Notes: generated by a model not told the origin, from the sequence alone. DNA of 64,000 nt from Thermodesulfovibrionia bacterium (GCA_020053105.1 JAGVNU010000076.1:72005-136004); one strand, 5' to 3'; positions 1-9,883 are shown, counted from the first letter of the stretch. Numbers and translations: made by a program.

Positions 1-1
1 T

Positions 2-3000
2 AAGGTAAATGGTCAGTATGATAACCGGATCTCCATCATCTCGGCCGCCAGGCATTTTCATGACAAGATCGGTGCCATTTTAATAGTCGGGGGTGAAAGG
101 TTCGGTTTGATAACATTTGATGAGAACGGCAATTACCGGAATTTCAAGTCAAACAGTTCATGCGCGGCAGGCACAGGCAGCTTTCTGGACCAGCAGGCAA
201 GGAGGCTGAACTTAAGCGGGATAGAGGAACTGAGCCGGATAGCGTTCAACAATAAAGGCATCATACCGAAAATCGCCACAAGGTGCGCGGTATTTGCTAA
301 GACAGACCTTGTCCATGCCCAGCAGGAGGGTTACTCATTAGAAGAGATCTGCGACGGCCTGTGCTACGGACTGGCAAAAAATATAGTGGATACGCTTATG
401 AAAGGCGAACAGACAAATCCTCCCATTATCTTCACCGGCGGCGTGTCAAGGAACAGGGCTGTTGCCAGGCATATACAGTCAATTATCGGCTTAAATATTA
501 TCGACGATGAAATGTCTTACCTCTACGGCGCTATCGGAGCGGGATTAAACCTTCTTGACGAATCGATCAGGCTGGATAAGACAGATATAAATTCCGTAGA
601 CGATATCATTATTCACATGCCTCTGGAGAAGAAGCATTACTATGAGCCGCTCAGGCTGAAGCTCTCTGACTATCCTGATTTCAGCAGTGACAAAAAATAT
701 GAATATATCGCAATTGGTCCCGAAGACATGTCCCCGGTGGAAGTCGATATTTACGAACATATTGTACCTTTAAATAAATATGAAGTTTATATGGGGATTG
801 ATATCGGCTCTACAAGCACTAAGGCGATACTGATGGACAGGCACAGGAAAGTCCTGGCGGGGTTTTATACAAGGACCGCCGGCCGGCCGGTTCACGCGGT
901 CCAGAAATTATTCGCGTCCATTGATGACGTTATTAAAAAGAATGAGATTCATCTAAAGATCATCGGGGCCGGGACAACCGGCGCAGGAAGAAAATTCTCG
1001 GGAAAGATAATCGGGGCGGACACTATCGTAGACGAGATCACGGCCCATGCCCGCGCGGCCTTTGAGCTTAATCCTGAAGTAGATACCATAATCGAGATCG
1101 GTGGACAGGACTCTAAATTCACCACCTTGAGAAAAGGCATAGTTACCTTCTCTGCAATGAACAATGTGTGCGCTGCCGGGACCGGAAGTTTTATCGAAGA
1201 GCAGGCCCTGAAATTAAGGTGCCCCCTTTCTGATTATTCCTCAAAGGCCGAAGGCAAGAGGGCCCCGATAGCAAGTGACCGCTGCACGGTGTTTATGGAG
1301 AGGGACATCAATCATTATTTAAGTGAGGGCTATTCAGTGGATGAGGCACTTGCGTCCGTCCTTCACTCCATAAGGGAAAACTATCTGACAAAGGTCGCAA
1401 TCGAAAGCAGTATAGGAAACACCATATGCTTTCAGGGCGCGACTGCAAAGAACAAGGCGCTTGTTGCCGCCTTTGAACAGAGGCTGAATAAACCGATACA
1501 CGTATCCAGGTATTGCCATCTTACCGGAGCGCTAGGCGTAGCGCTGATGCTGATCGAGCAGGATGCGGAAGAAAGCAGGTTCAAGGGACTGCGGCTTTAC
1601 AAAAAAGATATACCGGTAAGGTCTGAAGTATGCGAGCTTTGCACCAATCACTGCAAGATAACCATTGCCGATGTTGATGGCGAAAGTGTCGCGTATGGGT
1701 TTCTGTGCGGCAGGGACTATGACACAAAAACATTCATTAACAATAATCTCTCGGGTTTTGACCTGCTTAAAGAAAGGAAGAAGGTCCTTTCCTTTAAAGC
1801 TTCCAGGGAATTCGTAACTATCGGAATTCCGTCAGCGCTCCACCTGTATGAAGATCTTCCTATGTGGAAATATTTTTTTGACCGGCTGTCTGTAAAAACC
1901 ATGACCAGTGATTCTTATACTGACGCGGTAAAAGAGGGAAAGCGTATGGCAGGAGCTGAATTCTGCGCGCCGCTGACCGCGCTTCACGGCCATGTAAAAT
2001 ACCTCCTGGACAGGGCGGATTATGTATTCATGCCCTTTTATCTTGAGAAGAAGCAGGATGAAAAGAATGTAAGACGTCAGTTCTGCTACTATACCCAATT
2101 TTCATCTTCACTTGTTTCCAATCTCAGTTCTCCGGGCACGAACAGGTTCCTTATGCCCCTGGTCAATTATCTATACAATCCCATCTACACAAAGGTCCAG
2201 CTCTATAATATTCTGAAGCCCGTCATAAACCATGATATCAGTTATTTTGATGTCTCCAAAGCATATGACAGGGCGCTTGAATTCAAGGAATCATGTACAT
2301 CCAGGCTGAAAGGGATGTACAAAAAAGAGTCTCTCAGCGCCGGCGATATTCACGTTGTGTTTATCGGCAGGCCTTATTCAATACTCCCTGTGTCCATGAA
2401 TAGCGGCATCCCCGGGATATTTGCCTCACAGGGCATTAAGGCGTTCTATCAGGACATGCTTTCATATACTCAGGAAGATGTTACGTCAATCGAGCCGCTA
2501 TGCAATGAACTGCCCTGGCATTATGCCTCGGAGATACTCAAGGCAGCAGAGGTCGTTGCCAGGACAAGCGGGGCATATCCGGTATATGTGACATCTTTCA
2601 ACTGCTCACCTGATTCCTTTGCCATTGAATATTTTAAAAAGCTTATGGACTCCCATGAAAAGCCCTATCTCATCCTGCAGCTGGATGAACATTCTTCAAG
2701 TGTGGGTTATGAGACCAGGATCGAGGCCGCGGCCCGGTCGTTTAGAAATCACCATTCAGCTCATTCTTCAGACATGACAAAAGCGCCTGTCATATATGCG
2801 CCGTCACTAATTCCGGCCAGAAAAAAACCTTTCATTGATAAAACACTTCTTATCCCCAACTGGGACAACATCAGTCTGCCGCTGATCATTGCCAACCTTA
2901 AAAGTGAAGGCATCGACGCAAGGCTTCTGGAAGAGACGGACACGAGTATCCAGAAAAGCCTGCGGCTTAACAGCGGTCAGTGTATCCCTCTTAACATCAT

Positions 3001-4036
3001 TGCCCAGGAATTTATAGATTATGTGGAAAAGCATGAGCTTGATCCAGCTAATACCGTATTGTGGATAATGACCACTACCCTGGCCTGTAATCTCAGGATG
3101 TTCCCTCATCATATAAAGAACATATTGCATTCCTACGGGCACGGCCTGTCGGCAGCAGAGGTATATACAGGCAGTATGTCATTTGCAGACCTGTCAATAA
3201 AGCTCCCGATAAATTCATATTTCGCATACATGTTCGGAGGGCTTGTCAGAAAGATGGGATGCAGGATACGGCCTTATGAAGTGGAAAAGGGAAAGACAGA
3301 CAGGATGATCAAAAAGAGCATCGATGTCCTGGCAGATTCCTTTCTCGGAAACCGGTCAAAGGAATCTGCTGTTGCCCAGGTGGTATCATATTTTGAAAAC
3401 ATCGAGGTAAGCTACGAACCAAGACCGAAGATAGCAATATTCGGCGATCTTTATGTGCGGGACAATGAAGTCATTAATCAGGGCCTGATACAATTTATTG
3501 AAGACAACGGCGGCGAGGTCATTACAACCCCCTTCAGTTCTTTCCTCAAGATGATATCCGGGCAATATTTCAGAAAGTGGTTTATTGAAGGACAATACTT
3601 AAACGTCCTGTCCACAAAAACCTTCTTTGCCACGGCAACGATGCTGGAGAAGACATATTATAAATACTTTGAACGGGTCCTGAAGGAACCTGATCCGGAA
3701 TATGATGAATCACCGGAGAAGATCCTGTCGGAATACAATATCAGGGTAGAGAACACCGGAGAGTCGATGGACAATATATTAAAGATCTACTATATAAAGA
3801 AGCACTATCCTGATGTCGCGCTGTTTGTCCAGACAAGCCCGGCCTTCTGCTGTCCGTCGCTGATTACGGAGGCGATGGCAAAGGAGATCGAGAAGAAGAC
3901 GGGGACTCCGGTGGTTTCGATTACGTATGACGGGACTGGGGGGAATAAGAATGATATTATTATTCCGTATCTCAGGTACTCGTCATATAAGCGCCCTGCT
4001 CCGGAGTCTTTAATCCTGCCTTGCGCGCTGCCGTAA
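2..4036 (+). CDS. Acyl-CoA dehydratase activase-type protein (tandem BadF/BadG/BcrA/BcrD-type ATPase modules plus dehydratase-like C-terminal region); 5' end outside window
   Basis: Frame 2 is open from base 2, so the listed start at 107 is not the real start. Actin-fold ATPase signatures are present (DIGSTSTK; CAAGTGSF twice), followed by about 800 aa of Cys-containing C-terminal region. This is the usual architecture of CoA-substrate-specific enzyme activases. Confidence 0.8.
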   Translation, partial: KVNGQYDNRISIISAARHFHDKIGAILIVGGERFGLITFDENGNYRNFKSNSSCAAGTGSFLDQQARRLNLSGIEELSRIAFNNKGIIPKIATRCAVFAKTDLVHAQQEGYSLEEICDGLCYGLAKNIVDTLMKGEQTNPPIIFTGGVSRNRAVARHIQSIIGLNIIDDEMSYLYGAIGAGLNLLDESIRLDKTDINSVDDIIIHMPLEKKHYYEPLRLKLSDYPDFSSDKKYEYIAIGPEDMSPVEVDIYEHIVPLNKYEVYMGIDIGSTSTKAILMDRHRKVLAGFYTRTAGRPVHAVQKLFASIDDVIKKNEIHLKIIGAGTTGAGRKFSGKIIGADTIVDEITAHARAAFELNPEVDTIIEIGGQDSKFTTLRKGIVTFSAMNNVCAAGTGSFIEEQALKLRCPLSDYSSKAEGKRAPIASDRCTVFMERDINHYLSEGYSVDEALASVLHSIRENYLTKVAIESSIGNTICFQGATAKNKALVAAFEQRLNKPIHVSRYCHLTGALGVALMLIEQDAEESRFKGLRLYKKDIPVRSEVCELCTNHCKITIADVDGESVAYGFLCGRDYDTKTFINNNLSGFDLLKERKKVLSFKASREFVTIGIPSALHLYEDLPMWKYFFDRLSVKTMTSDSYTDAVKEGKRMAGAEFCAPLTALHGHVKYLLDRADYVFMPFYLEKKQDEKNVRRQFCYYTQFSSSLVSNLSSPGTNRFLMPLVNYLYNPIYTKVQLYNILKPVINHDISYFDVSKAYDRALEFKESCTSRLKGMYKKESLSAGDIHVVFIGRPYSILPVSMNSGIPGIFASQGIKAFYQDMLSYTQEDVTSIEPLCNELPWHYASEILKAAEVVARTSGAYPVYVTSFNCSPDSFAIEYFKKLMDSHEKPYLILQLDEHSSSVGYETRIEAAARSFRNHHSAHSSDMTKAPVIYAPSLIPARKKPFIDKTLLIPNWDNISLPLIIANLKSEGIDARLLEETDTSIQKSLRLNSGQCIPLNIIAQEFIDYVEKHELDPANTVLWIMTTTLACNLRMFPHHIKNILHSYGHGLSAAEVYTGSMSFADLSIKLPINSYFAYMFGGLVRKMGCRIRPYEVEKGKTDRMIKKSIDVLADSFLGNRSKESAVAQVVSYFENIEVSYEPRPKIAIFGDLYVRDNEVINQGLIQFIEDNGGEVITTPFSSFLKMISGQYFRKWFIEGQYLNVLSTKTFFATATMLEKTYYKYFERVLKEPDPEYDESPEKILSEYNIRVENTGESMDNILKIYYIKKHYPDVALFVQTSPAFCCPSLITEAMAKEIEKKTGTPVVSITYDGTGGNKNDIIIPYLRYSSYKRPAPESLILPCALP

Positions 4037-4073
4037 CAGGGACTAGGGGCTGCCATCCGCTCTGACCTCCGGA

Positions 4074-4232
4074 TTACTTGACCCTTCTTATGCCGCCTAA
4101 CATTAATGCCGCCTGAAGCTCGGTCCTGTCTTTTTTAATCCTCTTTGCCTGAATATTTCTTATGACGTTCTCGTATTTTCTTACTGCAATTCCCATTAGT
4201 TTGGCTTTAATGCCATTTCTCGTTGCGAGCAT
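4074..4232 (-). CDS. Small basic protein (52 aa), unknown function
   Basis: Only the last 52 codons of the 110-aa track ORF have start signals. An ATG at 4232 lies 6 nt after AGGAGGT, with a sigma-54-type promoter about 40 nt upstream. The protein is Lys/Arg-rich; no family recognised. Confidence 0.45.
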   Translation of the reverse strand: MLATRNGIKAKLMGIAVRKYENVIRNIQAKRIKKDRTELQAALMLGGIRRVK

Positions 4233-4271
4233 CGATTTACCTCCTGGCGTATTAAATGTTTCTGCTTTATA

Positions 4272-4287
4272 TGCAATATTGTTGCCA
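4272..4287 (-). promoter_or_regulatory. Sigma-54 (-24/-12) promoter candidate
   Basis: The minus strand reads TGGCAACAATATTGCA, which is TGGCA-N7-TTGCA with the canonical GG-N10-GC spacing. It is positioned to give a 5'UTR of about 30 nt for the 4232 ATG. Confidence 0.55.
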
Positions 4288-4404
4288 AGTTGGAAGCGCT
4301 TAAATTTTAATGAAGTTGGAGATTGGTGATATATGTTTATGCATGGATTTCCCTTCATAACGAGACAGAAAAGGGCAGTCTTCTCTCCCCAATCCAGCCT
4401 CTTC

Positions 4405-4426
4405 AAACCTGCATTGTTGCAGGTTT
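4405..4426. other. Perfect 9-bp inverted repeat with 4-nt spacer (AAACCTGCA-N4-TGCAGGTTT)
   Basis: Seen directly. It lies about 50 nt downstream of the leuD stop (possible terminator, but no U-tract). It also lies about 125 nt upstream of the sigma-54 promoter at 4272-4287 (possible enhancer-binding-protein site). Confidence 0.4.
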
Positions 4427-4476
4427 CCGCAGTACCTTTTCTTTAAGCTCTTTCCTGGAGAGAATGAGGCAGGAGG

Positions 4477-4974
4477 CTATGAAGCCTTTATCCGCTTCCT
4501 GGTCCATTCAATCAGTCCTCCTGCGGAGATCAGTTCCTGCATAAATGGGGGAATGGGCTTTGCCGTATATGTTTCACCTTTAGTGATATTTCTGATAACT
4601 CCGCCGTCAGCGTCTATTTCTATCACATCGCCCTGACTGATTTTTACGGACGCATCGTCAGATTCAAATATGGGAAGACCGATGTTAAATGCGTTCCGGT
4701 AGAATATCCGGGCAAAACTCCTGGCAACCACTGCCTGAATGCCTGCAGCTTTAAGGGCTATCGGCGCGTGCTCCCTTGAAGAGCCGCAGCCGAAGTTTGA
4801 GTCAGCAACGATCAGATCACCCGCCTTCACCTTTGACGGAAAGTCCTTGTCCGCATCCTCCATCACATGTTTTGCGAGCTCAACAGGGTCGGATGTATTG
4901 AGATAGCGGGCGGGTATTATCGCGTCCGTGTCTATATTATCGCCGAATTTCCAGACCTTGCCTTTTAATATCAT
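4477..4974 (-). CDS. leuD: 3-isopropylmalate (or homoaconitate) dehydratase small subunit, short archaeal-type form
   Basis: 165 aa with the [17 protein letters not shown] and [10 protein letters not shown] motifs of the aconitase swivel domain. The start overlaps the large-subunit stop by 4 nt. Confidence 0.85.
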   Translation of the reverse strand: MILKGKVWKFGDNIDTDAIIPARYLNTSDPVELAKHVMEDADKDFPSKVKAGDLIVADSNFGCGSSREHAPIALKAAGIQAVVARSFARIFYRNAFNIGLPIFESDDASVKISQGDVIEIDADGGVIRNITKGETYTAKPIPPFMQELISAGGLIEWTRKRIKAS

Positions 4975-6227
4975 ATTACCTCCTCCGGAATTGCAATCCG
5001 TCCCTTAACAGCAGATGCCGCGGCAACAGCAGGGTTTGACAGGTAAACTTCACTCCCGGGATCTCCCATCCTGCCGACAAAATTCCTGTTCGTTGTAGCA
5101 ATCGCCTTCTCACCCTTTGCGAGTATTCCCATGTGACCGCCGAGACATGGCCCGCATGTAGGGGTTGAAAATACCGCTTCAGCGTTAACAAATATCTCTG
5201 CCAGTCCCTCCTTTACGCACTGCAGGTAAATCTGCTGTGTAGCGGGAATAACTATCATCCTTGTATTGGGACTGACCTTTTTACCCTTTATAATTTCCGC
5301 CGCCTCTCTTATGTCCTCTATCCTTCCGTTTGTGCAGGAACCCACAACAACCTGGTCGATTGAAACAGAAGAAAGCTCTGCCGCAGGTTTTGTATTTGAC
5401 GGGAGATGCGGGCACGAGACCGTCAGTGGTATCTTAGAGCAGTCATACTCTTTCACCTCAACATACCCTGCATCTTTATCGGATGCATAGAATTTGTATG
5501 CCCTCTTCGCCCTGCCCTTCACATATCCTTCAGTAATATCATCAGGGACGATGATCCCGTTCTTGCCCCCTGCCTCTATCGCCATGTTGCACATGGTAAG
5601 CCTTCCTGACATGGACATTAAGCGTATAACCTCGCCCTCGAATTCCATGGCCCGGTACAGGGCGCCGTCAACCCCGATATCGCCGATTGTATGAAGGATG
5701 AGGTCCTTGCCGCTGACCCACCTGTTTAATTTCCCGTAATAAATGAATTTCATGGATTCAGGGACTTTGAACCAGCACTCACCTGTTGCCATTGCCGAGG
5801 CCACGTCCGTGGAACCGACGCCGGTAGAGAATGCTCCGAGCGCTCCGTACGTACATGTATGGCTGTCAGCGCCTATTACAAGATCCCCGGGACCTACAAG
5901 TCCCTGTTCCGGAAGAAGCGCGTGCTCCACACCCATTCTTCCCACTTCAAAATACAGGCTGAGGTCGTATTCCCTTGAGAATTCCCTGAGCATCTTGCAC
6001 TGCTCTGCGGCCTTTATATCTTTCTGCGGCGCAAAGTGATCGGGGATGAAGGCTACCCTTTCTTTATCAAAGACATTCCCGGCCCCTATCTTTTTAAACT
6101 CTGTGATTGAGATGGGCGCTGTAATATCATTTGCAAGAATAAGGTCGACCTTTGCGTTAATCAGCTCCCCGGCTGATACCTTGTCCCTGCCTGAGTGTGC
6201 TGCAAGAATTTTTTCCGTTATAGTCAC
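4971..6227 (-). CDS. leuC: 3-isopropylmalate (or homoaconitate) dehydratase large subunit
   Basis: 418 aa aconitase-family protein with GADSHT, GSCTNGR and CGPCLGG Fe-S ligand regions. GTG start preceded by GGAGGA. Confidence 0.85.
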   Translation of the reverse strand: MTITEKILAAHSGRDKVSAGELINAKVDLILANDITAPISITEFKKIGAGNVFDKERVAFIPDHFAPQKDIKAAEQCKMLREFSREYDLSLYFEVGRMGVEHALLPEQGLVGPGDLVIGADSHTCTYGALGAFSTGVGSTDVASAMATGECWFKVPESMKFIYYGKLNRWVSGKDLILHTIGDIGVDGALYRAMEFEGEVIRLMSMSGRLTMCNMAIEAGGKNGIIVPDDITEGYVKGRAKRAYKFYASDKDAGYVEVKEYDCSKIPLTVSCPHLPSNTKPAAELSSVSIDQVVVGSCTNGRIEDIREAAEIIKGKKVSPNTRMIVIPATQQIYLQCVKEGLAEIFVNAEAVFSTPTCGPCLGGHMGILAKGEKAIATTNRNFVGRMGDPGSEVYLSNPAVAAASAVKGRIAIPEEVI

Positions 6228-6262
6228 GATTCCTCCAGAAATAAAAAAAAGGTGTAATGGAA

Positions 6263-6292
6263 ATACTACAAAATACTATTTGAAATAGTCAA
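6263..6292 (-). promoter_or_regulatory. Sigma-70-type promoter candidate for leuCD with embedded palindrome
   Basis: The minus strand reads TTGACT-18 nt-TAGTAT. A 7-1-7 palindrome, ACTATTT-N-AAATAGT (6275-6289), spans the -35/spacer region. TAGTATTT occurs twice, 10 nt apart. Confidence 0.45.
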
Positions 6293-6365
6293 TTAATAGC
6301 GCTCCCATCAATTATCATTTTCTTACTGCCTGCACTATCCTGCCAAGCTGGATTATAAACTGATT

Positions 6366-7010
6366 TTGCAGTATAATTTTTACTGCATCTCAAATGGTGC
6401 GGTTGTACATATTATCCAGGAGGTAATTCCCATTAAAAAAAGCAGAAAGCTGTCAAAACTTTTAAAATTGCATTGCGCGCAATGCGGCACCTGCTGTAGT
6501 GATCCGGTTATCGAACTGACCGATAGCGACATCAAGCGGCTGGTCAAACACACCGGTCTCCCTACTGACAGACTGATAAGATTGTACGCGAAATCCGACT
6601 TCACAGTTGTTAATGATACTGAAGACTGGATAAATTTATCATATGGAAAGCGTCAATTAGGATTGAGAAAGAAACTGGACGGCTCCTGTTTATTTCTCTC
6701 TGACGACAAGAAATGTTCGGCATATGTGGCAAGGCCCATGGCATGCCGGGTTTTTCCGATTGACGTTTATCTTGATGAGGACAGTAAGGCGTCCGACTTC
6801 GAGCTGTCAGATGTCATACGTGACAAGTTTATCAAATGCAGGCAATATTCCGGAAAACCCAATTCCTTCAGTCAATTCAGACTAAAAGCTGATCAATCCG
6901 GAAAAGAGACTGCATTGTTCTGCCGGAAAATCAAACAGTGGAACAGGAAGGCGGAACATGGGGGGAAAGATGACTTCCTTAATTTTCTCGGTATTAAAAC
7001 CGCTGAATGA
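6366..7010 (+). CDS. YkgJ-family CxxCxxCC cysteine-cluster protein
   Basis: Has the CAQCGTCCSDP motif plus downstream Cys residues typical of this family. The start is uncertain: the listed start is TTG, and an AGGAGG at 6417-6422 inside the ORF suggests a downstream, possibly non-canonical, start. Confidence 0.6.
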   Translation: MQYNFYCISNGAVVHIIQEVIPIKKSRKLSKLLKLHCAQCGTCCSDPVIELTDSDIKRLVKHTGLPTDRLIRLYAKSDFTVVNDTEDWINLSYGKRQLGLRKKLDGSCLFLSDDKKCSAYVARPMACRVFPIDVYLDEDSKASDFELSDVIRDKFIKCRQYSGKPNSFSQFRLKADQSGKETALFCRKIKQWNRKAEHGGKDDFLNFLGIKTAE

Positions 7011-7055
7011 TTGATGAATATTTCGTATATATTGACACAATTCGAAAGGATTACC

Positions 7056-7081
7056 AGGTGCGTAGCATGCGCTGCGCACCT
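7056..7081 (+). terminator. Hairpin downstream of the ykgJ-like gene
   Basis: AGGTGCG-12 nt-CGCACCT, a 7-bp stem. No U-tract follows, so terminator function is uncertain. Confidence 0.3.
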
Positions 7082-7122
7082 ACAACAAACGACCCCGCAT
7101 CTGCATGCCTTGCCATTATTGA

Positions 7123-7131
7123 TGATATAAT
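7123..7131 (+). promoter_or_regulatory. Extended -10 promoter (TGATATAAT)
   Basis: TGnTATAAT lies 39 nt upstream of the ATG at 7171. The gene has its own GGAGG SD. Confidence 0.45.
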
Positions 7132-7170
7132 GTACTCAACAGCAGGTCAAAAATATATGGAGGCGTTCCA

Positions 7171-7899
7171 ATGAAAAAAAACAATTATATATACTATGCA
7201 TTAATATCCATACTGCTCCTTTATGCCTGCACAACATATGAGGCCAAACCTTTGCCGTTTAAGGCCCCGGGAGCTTATCCCAATGTCATGTCAGTGGCCG
7301 ATACAGAGATAGCTGCAAAGGCTTATGTCAATTTCACAGAGGCAAAAGAGGCCTTCGGCTTTAACGTTCGCGAGGCCGGGATGCTGCCTGTTCAGGTAGT
7401 TTTTGATAATAAGGGCACACACTCATTTGAAATTGATCAGTCCCAGACTTTTCTGGAAGACGCTAACGGTAATCTCTGGCCAATCCTTGAAAGGAACATG
7501 GCGTATGAAAGGGCCTCCAAGTACACTCAGACGAAAGAGATATTCAAGGAAGGGGCTTATCACGGGTTCCTCGGAGCAGCAGCAGGGGCGTTGATAGGCG
7601 GGGCAATAGGCATTGTATCCGGTGACAATGTGGGTTCAGCCATAGGAAAAGGCGCAGCAGCAGGAACAGCCATAGGGGGAGTAATAGGCGGCACAAAAGG
7701 GGCCACTTCAAATGAGGCAAACAGGGCTGTTATGGAAGACCTGCGTCAAAAGTCCCTTCAGGCAAAAACCATTGAGCCCAAAGCACTGGCATACGGCTTT
7801 ATATTCTTCCCGGGCGAGGCAAAATCGGCTAAACAGCTTCGCCTGAAGATAGTAGAAAAAGACACGGGCTCTTTCCACGTTATCTTTTTGAATTTATAA
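7171..7899 (+). CDS. Lipoprotein with glycine-zipper segment, unknown function
   Basis: Signal peptide ends in a lipobox-like LLLYAC. A Gly-zipper stretch is present (GAAAGALIGGAIGIVSG...GTAIGGVIGG). GGAGG SD upstream. Confidence 0.6.
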   Translation: MKKNNYIYYALISILLLYACTTYEAKPLPFKAPGAYPNVMSVADTEIAAKAYVNFTEAKEAFGFNVREAGMLPVQVVFDNKGTHSFEIDQSQTFLEDANGNLWPILERNMAYERASKYTQTKEIFKEGAYHGFLGAAAGALIGGAIGIVSGDNVGSAIGKGAAAGTAIGGVIGGTKGATSNEANRAVMEDLRQKSLQAKTIEPKALAYGFIFFPGEAKSAKQLRLKIVEKDTGSFHVIFLNL

Positions 7900-7935
7900 T
7901 ATTCCGAATAATACTTCTGTAAAAGGAGATCAGAA

Positions 7936-8391
7936 ATGAAAATAATCCAGACAATAGCAGCCATGATATTATCGGGCCTGATCTTTATCGGGTGCTCTGC
8001 GACAGGCCGCGTCCAGGAGAACGGGGGCAGCTCCCTGAAATCCCACGAACAAAAGAGCGTGTCAGTATCATTGTTCACCTGCTCAAATCCTGGGACAGCC
8101 CAGGATGTGCAAAACGCCATTATCGGGTCTTTACTGGACAGCTATTCAGTCACAACTGGCGGAGAGGCAGGGGTTGTAATCAACGGCGCCATAATCCTTA
8201 CAGGTGATGCCGTTTCTCCGGAATCGTCTGAAAGCAATATATCAGCAATAAAAGCGACTGTATTAATCAACAATAAAATAGCAGAATCCGTAACCCTGAC
8301 CCGCGCAGACGCCGCTTTATCTTCCGATACTTCTCCTGAAGCAATGGGCAGGAAACTTGGCATGAAAATAAAAGACATATTGTCCAGGTAA
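7936..8391 (+). CDS. Lipoprotein, unknown function
   Basis: Signal peptide with lipobox LIFIGC and an AAGGAG SD. Lies immediately downstream of the previous lipoprotein gene. Confidence 0.55.
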   Translation: MKIIQTIAAMILSGLIFIGCSATGRVQENGGSSLKSHEQKSVSVSLFTCSNPGTAQDVQNAIIGSLLDSYSVTTGGEAGVVINGAIILTGDAVSPESSESNISAIKATVLINNKIAESVTLTRADAALSSDTSPEAMGRKLGMKIKDILSR

Positions 8392-8419
8392 AAGAACATG
8401 TGATTAATAAGGAGGGCCT

Positions 8420-8599
8420 ATGTTCGCCGAAGTGCAAGTCATAGAGGGCGGTCAGTTAATCCGGAAAGAAAATATGAAATTAAAGCTTGTAAAGGAGTTT
8501 AGCGATAACATCATCATATACGAAAATGAAGATGGAGGGGCCGTCATCTATTTCAGGGAAAAAAATGACTATATTTTAATATCAATCGATATGGCATGA
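8420..8599 (+). CDS. Small hypothetical protein (59 aa)
   Basis: This ORF is below the track threshold and was found by eye. The ATG at 8420 is preceded by AAGGAGGG, with TGA at 8597-8599. It is third in the same-strand lipoprotein cluster. Confidence 0.4.
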   Translation: MFAEVQVIEGGQLIRKENMKLKLVKEFSDNIIIYENEDGGAVIYFREKNDYILISIDMA

Positions 8600-8657
8600 G
8601 GAACATGGGATTGCCCGATTGCAGATAATATTAATTAAAGCTCCTGACAGACACAAA

Positions 8658-9800
8658 TCAACCGGTATTATCAATCAACCCGCAGGAACATTTCTGAGAC
8701 CACCTCAAAGGGAGTTTTATCCTGAAAGTGGTGCCCTCTCCCGGAATACTTGCCACCTCAATTTCACCCATATGCTCATTAACAATCCGCTTTACCAGAG
8801 GAAGACCCATGCCAAACCGTTTATCTTTTGAGCTGAACATGGGATTGAATATTTTATTTATATCTTCCGGGTGAATGCCATGCCCGGTATCCGACACTTC
8901 AAGTACACAGGCATTGTCACTTTCATATGCAGAAACAGTTATCCTGCCTCCCTCAGGTATTGCATCTATGGAATTTTTAATCAGGTGTGAGAGAGCAATC
9001 TGAAACAGGTTTTTCTGGATATTGACTTTCAGCGGACAAGCCCAACGATTGAATGCCACTTCAATCTTTTTACTGGCGACCATGTTTTCAATAATGGGCA
9101 TGATGCTGTCAACAACTTCATTAACATCCTCATATCTGAACATTGACTTCCTGTCCTTCAGCAGAGACTGGAAGTCTTTGACTATGGCGTCCAGTTTTTC
9201 AGCTTCATTGATAATGCCCTGGATTTTGGGTATCAGCCTGTCCGGCACTTCCTCTTTCTCAAGCATCCTCCGGCATGTTAATCCGATGACAGACGCCGGG
9301 TTTCTGATCTTGTCAGCAAGGGTCAATGACATCAGCCCCATGGTCCTCTCCGCCACAAGGGTCTCTATTTCCTCATTATATTTCTCCAGTAAATGTTTAT
9401 AGTCTTTTTCCATCAGAATCAATTTATTGTAATGCACTGCTTTTTCAACAGAATGCACCAGCAGTTCCGCGGTAAACGGTTTGATTATAAAATCAAAGGC
9501 GCCCATTTTCAGTGCGCCCAGCACCTTCTCCATATCTGCATACGCCGTCATAAGGATTACCGGGGTCGCAGAATTTATATCGTGGATCTGCCTGAGCAGT
9601 TCGATTCCTGACATAGACGGCATGACAATGTCCGTCAATACAACATCAATACTGTTCTCCTGAAATCTCCTGATCGCATCCTCAGCGTTTGAAGAAGATG
9701 TAACATTATATCCGTATTCTTTTAAAAGCAGAGAGGATGATTCCAGAACAGAAGGTTCATCATCAACTACAAGCACTGCCCCATATTTCCGTATGTTCAT
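8658..9800 (-). CDS. Receiver domain fused to histidine-kinase-like DHp/HATPase core (H-box His apparently replaced)
   Basis: N-terminal REC domain (VVDDEPS...TDIVMP). C-terminal N box (LIKNSIDA), G1 (DTGHGI), F (FNPMFSSK) and G2 (GMGLPLV). The H-box position reads LADKIRNPASVIG. Confidence 0.8.
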   Translation of the reverse strand: MNIRKYGAVLVVDDEPSVLESSSLLLKEYGYNVTSSSNAEDAIRRFQENSIDVVLTDIVMPSMSGIELLRQIHDINSATPVILMTAYADMEKVLGALKMGAFDFIIKPFTAELLVHSVEKAVHYNKLILMEKDYKHLLEKYNEEIETLVAERTMGLMSLTLADKIRNPASVIGLTCRRMLEKEEVPDRLIPKIQGIINEAEKLDAIVKDFQSLLKDRKSMFRYEDVNEVVDSIMPIIENMVASKKIEVAFNRWACPLKVNIQKNLFQIALSHLIKNSIDAIPEGGRITVSAYESDNACVLEVSDTGHGIHPEDINKIFNPMFSSKDKRFGMGLPLVKRIVNEHMGEIEVASIPGEGTTFRIKLPLRWSQKCSCGLIDNTG

Positions 9801-9822
9801 TTATTCGGTCCTCATACCGGAA

Positions 9823-9851
9823 AGTATAATCCAAGTTTCACCGCTTAGCAA
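9823..9851 (-). promoter_or_regulatory. Sigma-70-type promoter candidate for the REC-kinase gene
   Basis: The minus strand reads TTGCTA-17 nt-TATACT, about 20 nt upstream of the ATG at 9800. Confidence 0.4.
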
Positions 9852-9883
9852 CTGATTGCGGCCTGTCTCTGCATTACTTTCCC

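Noticed and set aside
4074-4406. Full 110-aa reading of the minus-strand ORF downstream of leuD.
   Set aside because: The first 58 codons have no start signals and would cover the sigma-54 promoter and SD that precede the internal ATG at 4232. Only the 52-aa version is supported.
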